A model generated the notes under the pieces. The model saw only the letters and a list, made by a program, of their open reading frames with translations, searched no databases and was not told the origin of the DNA. Below, piece after piece: positions 59,290-64,000 of a stretch of 64,000 bases of DNA (positions are counted from its first letter, which is position 1; every line of letters begins with the position of its first letter). This stretch comes from an uncultured Rikenellaceae bacterium (lineage in GTDB: Bacteria; Bacteroidota; Bacteroidia; Bacteroidales; VadinHA17). The position numbers were made by a program, and so were the translations under genes. The stretch is from positions 3,974 to 67,973 of the forward strand of contig CAZHRV010000144.1 of the NCBI GenBank assembly GCA_964535035.1. Reading direction: 5' to 3'.

Positions 59290-62200
59290 TTAAAAATCGA
59301 GGCTGAAGGAGAGGTAAAATATTCTAGGCAGGATATATTCATTCTCGATGCCCCATGCCCAGTCAGCTCTTACAAAATAGCCAAGTAATTGTGCTCTGAT
59401 CCCTGCACCGAAACCTGCAACGATGGGCTCACGGTTTGAATCGAGTACAACTGTTACAGGCCCGTTTTTGTATGTTTCAGTATCCCAGGCATTTTCGCCC
59501 GACCAGGGTGATCTGCCAGTCCAGGCTGTTCCGATATCGCCAAAACCTACAACCTGAATGCTGTTGAGGAAATTTGACCGCAGCGGATGCCCGGCGAAAT
59601 ACCTTATCACAGGCCATCTTATTTCACTGTTTATCAGGGCAAAATTGTTACCGTTCCTGATATTCTGGCTGAAGCCGCGGAGATTGGTGGCTAATGCCTG
59701 AAAGCCGTAATTCATTTTTGGACTTACTGGAATTGTATTGTCGAACATTTCGTTATTATTGAACAGGTATCCCATCCAGTTATCAACTCCTCCCAGGTAA
59801 TAGACCAGCTTTGTAGGGCCATATGAAGTGCTTGCCGCAAACCTGTTAGCCCAAATAAGCTCCCTGTGAATCCTGATATATTTTCTGAAATCAATACCCA
59901 CAACGATCATATCCGACTTCTCATATGTAAGCTCTTTATAATATTCCCCGAAAACCTTAAATCTTGTCCCGTAATATATGTTTATATTTCTCTTCCTCGT
60001 ATTATCATAGATAAGCTCACCTTTAAGGCTGACCCAGTGACGTGCAAGGCTCTCATTCCTCAGGGAAACCAGGTCAGTTGCCAGGTAAACATGACGGTCA
60101 TACCTGTATGCCAGAGTTCCTTTCAGAGCCAGAACAGGAGAAAATGGTTTGGAATATGAAAGGTACAGGTTATGTGTATGTGTTTTGAAATAACTTGAAT
60201 CATTTGTACTGAAGAACGCCTGTCTGTGAAATATGACCTGTTTATCGAACTTCCCCTTAAGGTTTTCGATGCTTAACAGGTACTCGTTACTGTCAAAATT
60301 ACCTGAAAACCTGAATCCTCCGGTAATCCTTATGTTTTCAAAAAGATCAATAGCGCCGATCCGTGTCAGCATATTAATTCCCGGATTAAAATAGGGGGCT
60401 CCTCCGTTGTAAACCTGGTATGAATTATTAAGGAAGGTAAAATCAATCTGGTTGGCGATGTAATTGTTATAAAAAGAGGTCTCGTAAATCCTTATCAAAG
60501 GCAGATTGAGTTTTCCGGTATCGAGATCTATATCCATGTAATCCTTTCGCCACAGCTGCTTGTAATAGTTCTGTTTTTCCTTCTCAAAGATGTAATGAGT
60601 TATATCAATGGGCTCATTTTTAACATAATACTCATACAGCGGTTTGGTCAGAGTATCTCTTCTTTTCTTGTCCTCGACTATAAGCCACTGCCTTATCTGT
60701 TCAATACTGTCGGCTTTATGGAGCATCCTGTTCCTCTCTTTGCGGAACGAGGTTAATTCTATTTCATTCTCAGGGACAGGAGTCATGTTACTCATTTGTC
60801 CTTCTCTCAGAAGGTATTTTCCATGACTGTAAAGAATCTCGCCGTAACTATCTGGTGTGCTTATTACCGACTGATCATTAATATTCCTGTTATAATTAGT
60901 AACAGGAAGAGAATTAATAAAATACCTGTAATGAATAGTAGTATCGATGTAGCTTATTACACTGTCAAATGTTGCTGTATACCTGTTGAGAATGCCATTT
61001 TCGTCTCCGATATAAGCGATTTTTCTTTCAGATATTCCAGCCGGTGAATACCTGCTGGTATACTCTCCTTCTGACAGTCTGGTAAGTAATTTATTATTTT
61101 CGGAAATATTATACGTGAACAGATCAAATGTTAATCCCGTTTTTTCAAACGGATTGCCTGTATTAGTCAGAGTATCCGATAATCGGTTTGATGAGAATAT
61201 TATCTCATTAGGCCTCTCTTTCAGGAAAGAGGGATTAAGGTCATCAGCTATGTCCCTGGTTATCTGCTCATTGGTGCCTGATGCAATTGTGTGAACATAA
61301 AGATCTGTTATGCCGTCTTTTACAGCAGAAAATATAAGCATGGATCCTTCAGGGGAATATGAGAAATCAAGGATCTTGTCAAAATATAGCAAATTACGTG
61401 TTTCAGTTGTTTTTTCATCTATCCTGTAAAAGTACATAACAATGGCTGCCTTCTTCTCGTGTATAATTGTCAGTATTTTACTACTGGGATGCCAGCCGAT
61501 AACAGGATAGGTTTTATCGATAATATGTTCAAATTTGGGTTCAGCCCGAAAGACTATCTTAATTTTTCCAGTGTTTTGATCATAGAGCCACACTCTTTTT
61601 CTTCCCCAGTCATTTGTTACATATGCTATATATTTGCCATCAGGACTCACACTGACGGTCTGATAGGTCTGTTCTTTCTTTGATCTCCTGACAGTATTAT
61701 CGTCATAATCCGGGAGGCTCTGGTCTTCGGAATATTCATTCCGATAATACCCTTTCCATTCTTTCAGAAGATCTTTAAGTTTCTTACCTATGACATAAAG
61801 AAATCCGTCATCGATTTTCTTGTATACTTTTGTGAGGTATATGATGTTAGGCACAAGTGCGTCTCCATATTCTTTTCCGAGGAACCTCCAGAAAGAGAGA
61901 CCGGCATAGATTGCATCTTCATTCTCAAGGTTGCTGATATTTCTGTATTTCTTTGAAGCAAAACCATCTTTGACCCTGTTTTCCGCTTCATAATCCCAAC
62001 CGTACGACACGTAATTGATAAGTCCTTTAATATACCAGTCAGGCATATTTATAACGGAAGAACTGGCGATACGGTCCTTAACATCAGCATTATACAGCAT
62101 TTCGTTAATTATGACCTCGGTAATTGATGATGCTATCTGTTTCTCAAAATTTTCATGATCACCTTCATAATAGAGCATTACCCTGTTTTCTATTATCCTG

Positions 62201-62565
62201 TTGTAACCACCTGTATTATAGCTGTCTTCATCAGCAGTGGCCAGTCCTATATTTGACTGTTTATATTCGGCATTTTTATTATATATGATGAATATCAGTC
62301 TCTTTTCCAGGGAATAGTCGAAGAAATCTTCAATTTCCCCGAGTTTTTTTGTCGCAAAATCTGCAGTATATTGAGCCAGTTCACGTCCGAATTCATTGAA
62401 ATAGCAATCAAAATCATCAAACCTGTAATACTGCCAGTAATAGTCATAATACTGAACCCTGTTCTTTCCAAAGTTCATCTGATGGCCATTATAGAACTGA
62501 CCGCCTGCATCCAGGCAGTAGGCGCTGGCTAAGATTATAATTATCAGTTTCCAGGTGCTTTTCAT
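59290..62565 (-). CDS. Large outer-membrane protein: N-terminal domain of unknown function, TolB-like beta-propeller repeats, Omp85/BamA-like C-terminal barrel
   Basis: 1091-aa ORF with a signal peptide. PD40-like repeats (SVSPDGKYIAYVTNDWG..., FSYSPEGSMLIFSAVKDG...). The C-terminus ...VVGFGDIGTAW...GFGAGIRAQLLGYFVRADWAWG...FYLSFSLDF is typical of Omp85 barrels. Confidence 0.7.
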   Translation of the reverse strand: MKSTWKLIIIILASAYCLDAGGQFYNGHQMNFGKNRVQYYDYYWQYYRFDDFDCYFNEFGRELAQYTADFATKKLGEIEDFFDYSLEKRLIFIIYNKNAEYKQSNIGLATADEDSYNTGGYNRIIENRVMLYYEGDHENFEKQIASSITEVIINEMLYNADVKDRIASSSVINMPDWYIKGLINYVSYGWDYEAENRVKDGFASKKYRNISNLENEDAIYAGLSFWRFLGKEYGDALVPNIIYLTKVYKKIDDGFLYVIGKKLKDLLKEWKGYYRNEYSEDQSLPDYDDNTVRRSKKEQTYQTVSVSPDGKYIAYVTNDWGRKRVWLYDQNTGKIKIVFRAEPKFEHIIDKTYPVIGWHPSSKILTIIHEKKAAIVMYFYRIDEKTTETRNLLYFDKILDFSYSPEGSMLIFSAVKDGITDLYVHTIASGTNEQITRDIADDLNPSFLKERPNEIIFSSNRLSDTLTNTGNPFEKTGLTFDLFTYNISENNKLLTRLSEGEYTSRYSPAGISERKIAYIGDENGILNRYTATFDSVISYIDTTIHYRYFINSLPVTNYNRNINDQSVISTPDSYGEILYSHGKYLLREGQMSNMTPVPENEIELTSFRKERNRMLHKADSIEQIRQWLIVEDKKRRDTLTKPLYEYYVKNEPIDITHYIFEKEKQNYYKQLWRKDYMDIDLDTGKLNLPLIRIYETSFYNNYIANQIDFTFLNNSYQVYNGGAPYFNPGINMLTRIGAIDLFENIRITGGFRFSGNFDSNEYLLSIENLKGKFDKQVIFHRQAFFSTNDSSYFKTHTHNLYLSYSKPFSPVLALKGTLAYRYDRHVYLATDLVSLRNESLARHWVSLKGELIYDNTRKRNINIYYGTRFKVFGEYYKELTYEKSDMIVVGIDFRKYIRIHRELIWANRFAASTSYGPTKLVYYLGGVDNWMGYLFNNNEMFDNTIPVSPKMNYGFQALATNLRGFSQNIRNGNNFALINSEIRWPVIRYFAGHPLRSNFLNSIQVVGFGDIGTAWTGRSPWSGENAWDTETYKNGPVTVVLDSNREPIVAGFGAGIRAQLLGYFVRADWAWGIENEYILPRIFYLSFSLDF

Positions 62566-62690
62566 ACTTTTATTGCAGACTCATGATGCAATCCGTGTTT
62601 TCTGGCCGCAAATTCTGTTCCAATTCATCCCTGATGATTTTGACCGGGTAACAAAACTAATGATATTATGTTTAAAAAGTTAAAGTTTGT

Positions 62691-62698
62691 TATTTTTG
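62691..62698 (+). promoter_or_regulatory. -7 promoter box TATTTTTG upstream of the DUF1573 gene
   Basis: Matches TAnnTTTG but lies 144 nt upstream of ATG 62842, implying a long leader that contains the hairpin CAATTCC-attca-GGAATTG (62755-62773). Confidence 0.3.
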
Positions 62699-62841
62699 TC
62701 AGTGAAAAGAGTTCTTTGATTTTCCGGTCCGGTTTTTGTATTGTATCATGCAACCAATTCCATTCAGGAATTGTTAATATTAAAAACCATATTATTAAAG
62801 GATTTATTATATTCAAACACAATTTAATTATAAATCATAAA

Positions 62842-63933
62842 ATGAAGAGAATACTTTTTTTATTACCGATTCTGATGTTATGTGCTTCAGGTTTCTCACA
62901 GGCTGTTATGAAACTGTCGGAGACAGAACATAATTTTGGCACCTTTAAGGAGGAAGCCGGCAAACAGAGTTATGAATTTATTGTTACAAATACCGGGAAT
63001 GCTCCCTTAGTAATTCAGAATATTGTAGCTTCCTGTGGCTGTACACAGCCTGAATGGACAAGAGAACCCATACCTGTCGGGGGAAAAGGGAAAATCATCG
63101 CGAACTATGATCCCCGTAACCGTCCCGGGCAATTTAACAAAACACTCTCAGTCTATACTAACTCAAACCCGAAAGTGGCAGTGCTGGTTATAAAAGGTGA
63201 AGTGATTCCGCGTGAAAAGACTATCGAGGAACTGTTTACCTTTCCTGTCGGTGCTGTAAGATTTGAAAGCAATCATCTTGCTTTCACAAATATAAAGAAG
63301 ACAGAAAAGAAAATACGGGTTATGCAGCTTATTAACACATCCGATGAACCTGTGAAAATAGGGTTTGACAGGCTGCCTCCCCATCTGGAGCTCAAATCAA
63401 ATCCGGAAACACTTAAACCGGGTCAGAAGGGTATTATCGAGGGAACATATAATGCCACAAAAAACAACAGCTGGGGCAATGTAAGTGACATGATCAAGAT
63501 CAAAATAAACGATGTCGTCCAGGAAAATGTATATTATTATGTGTCGGCAAATCTCGTTGAGGATTTTTCAGACATGACAAAGGAGGATATGGAAAATGCC
63601 CCTGTTTTCAATCTTGCTTCTTCAACAGTTGATCTCGGTAAAATACAGGGAAAAACGGCAAATGAAGTCGAGTTTAAATTCACCAATGAGGGAAAATCAG
63701 ACCTGATAATCAGGCATATACGCTCCACCTGTGGTTGTACGGCAGTTCAGCAGGGCACTCTCGGTGTGGGAATAAAACCCGGTGAATCCAGCTCAATAAA
63801 AGCTGTTTTTAACTCTGGCAGTTACAAAGGGAAAGTTACCAAGGCAATCTATGTTTATACTAACGATCCCAGAAAATCAGAAGCGGTGCTGATGCTGACT
63901 GCAAATGTCGAACAGGAAGCTTCGAATCAGTAA
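62842..63933 (+). CDS. Exported DUF1573-repeat protein
   Basis: ORF 62668..63933. ATG 62842 gives the signal MKRILFLLPILMLCASGFSQ. Two clear DUF1573 units with CGC motifs (NTGNAPLVIQNIVASCGCTQPEW and NEGKSDLIIRHIRSTCGCTAVQ) flank a degenerate middle unit. Confidence 0.8.
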   Translation: MKRILFLLPILMLCASGFSQAVMKLSETEHNFGTFKEEAGKQSYEFIVTNTGNAPLVIQNIVASCGCTQPEWTREPIPVGGKGKIIANYDPRNRPGQFNKTLSVYTNSNPKVAVLVIKGEVIPREKTIEELFTFPVGAVRFESNHLAFTNIKKTEKKIRVMQLINTSDEPVKIGFDRLPPHLELKSNPETLKPGQKGIIEGTYNATKNNSWGNVSDMIKIKINDVVQENVYYYVSANLVEDFSDMTKEDMENAPVFNLASSTVDLGKIQGKTANEVEFKFTNEGKSDLIIRHIRSTCGCTAVQQGTLGVGIKPGESSSIKAVFNSGSYKGKVTKAIYVYTNDPRKSEAVLMLTANVEQEASNQ

Positions 63934-63954
63934 ATAAGACTTAAGTACTAATAA

Positions 63955-63994
63955 AAAAGGGTGACACTCAACAATATGGCACCCTTTTATTATT
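63955..63994 (+). terminator. Rho-independent terminator-like hairpin after the DUF1573 gene
   Basis: AAAAGGGTG-(16-nt loop)-CACCCTTTT followed by ATTATTTTT. Confidence 0.5.
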
Positions 63995-64000
63995 TTTACC

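Noticed and set aside
62626-62635. A third copy of CATCCCTGAT, the core of the TIR-promoter direct repeat, with a reverse-complement copy at 8921-8930
   Set aside because: These are only 10-mers, one inside the rsmF-like CDS. Occurrences of this length are expected by chance in 128 kb of two-strand sequence, so I do not treat them as part of a regulon.

Overview
This is a densely coding chromosomal segment that looks like a Bacteroidota genome. The supporting signs are a T9SS C-terminal sorting domain, a GldB-like lipoprotein, DUF1573- and DUF5686-type proteins, a MurF-Alr fusion and TAnnTTTG -7 promoter boxes. The organism is probably anaerobic or fermentative, given an anaerobic sulfatase maturase, formate-THF ligase, methylmalonyl-CoA carboxyltransferase and a 2x[4Fe-4S] ferredoxin. 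I call 48 protein-coding genes. Two of them, rpmH and the ferredoxin, are too short for the supplied ORF track and were read directly from the sequence. I found no rRNA, tRNA, CRISPR array, transposase, integrase or phage gene. Most of the content is housekeeping: translation and rRNA/tRNA modification, peptidoglycan, one-carbon metabolism, dnaB and nadE. There is also a run of exported glycan-debranching enzymes: a GH31 with a PA14 insert, an SGNH esterase, a mutarotase and a GH2. The best candidate for something undescribed is an orphan, oppositely oriented gene at 17569-19758 that looks AT-rich. It encodes a cytoplasmic TIR domain, one transmembrane helix, a TolB-N-like module and an extracytoplasmic TPR array. 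Its promoter region carries an exact 11-bp direct repeat and is shared with a divergent pair made of a DUF4294-like gene and a 2H phosphoesterase. The second candidate is an AT-rich three-gene cassette at 49308-52857: GtrA, a flavoprotein and a polytopic GT-C-like membrane protein. It resembles a gtrABC glycan-modification module in which the GtrB step is replaced by a flavoenzyme. Two structured intergenic elements also stand out: a 98-bp MITE-like inverted repeat in the fhs leader and a degenerate palindromic repeat upstream of the esterase gene. All functional calls rest on motif recognition by eye. No database search or computation was run.
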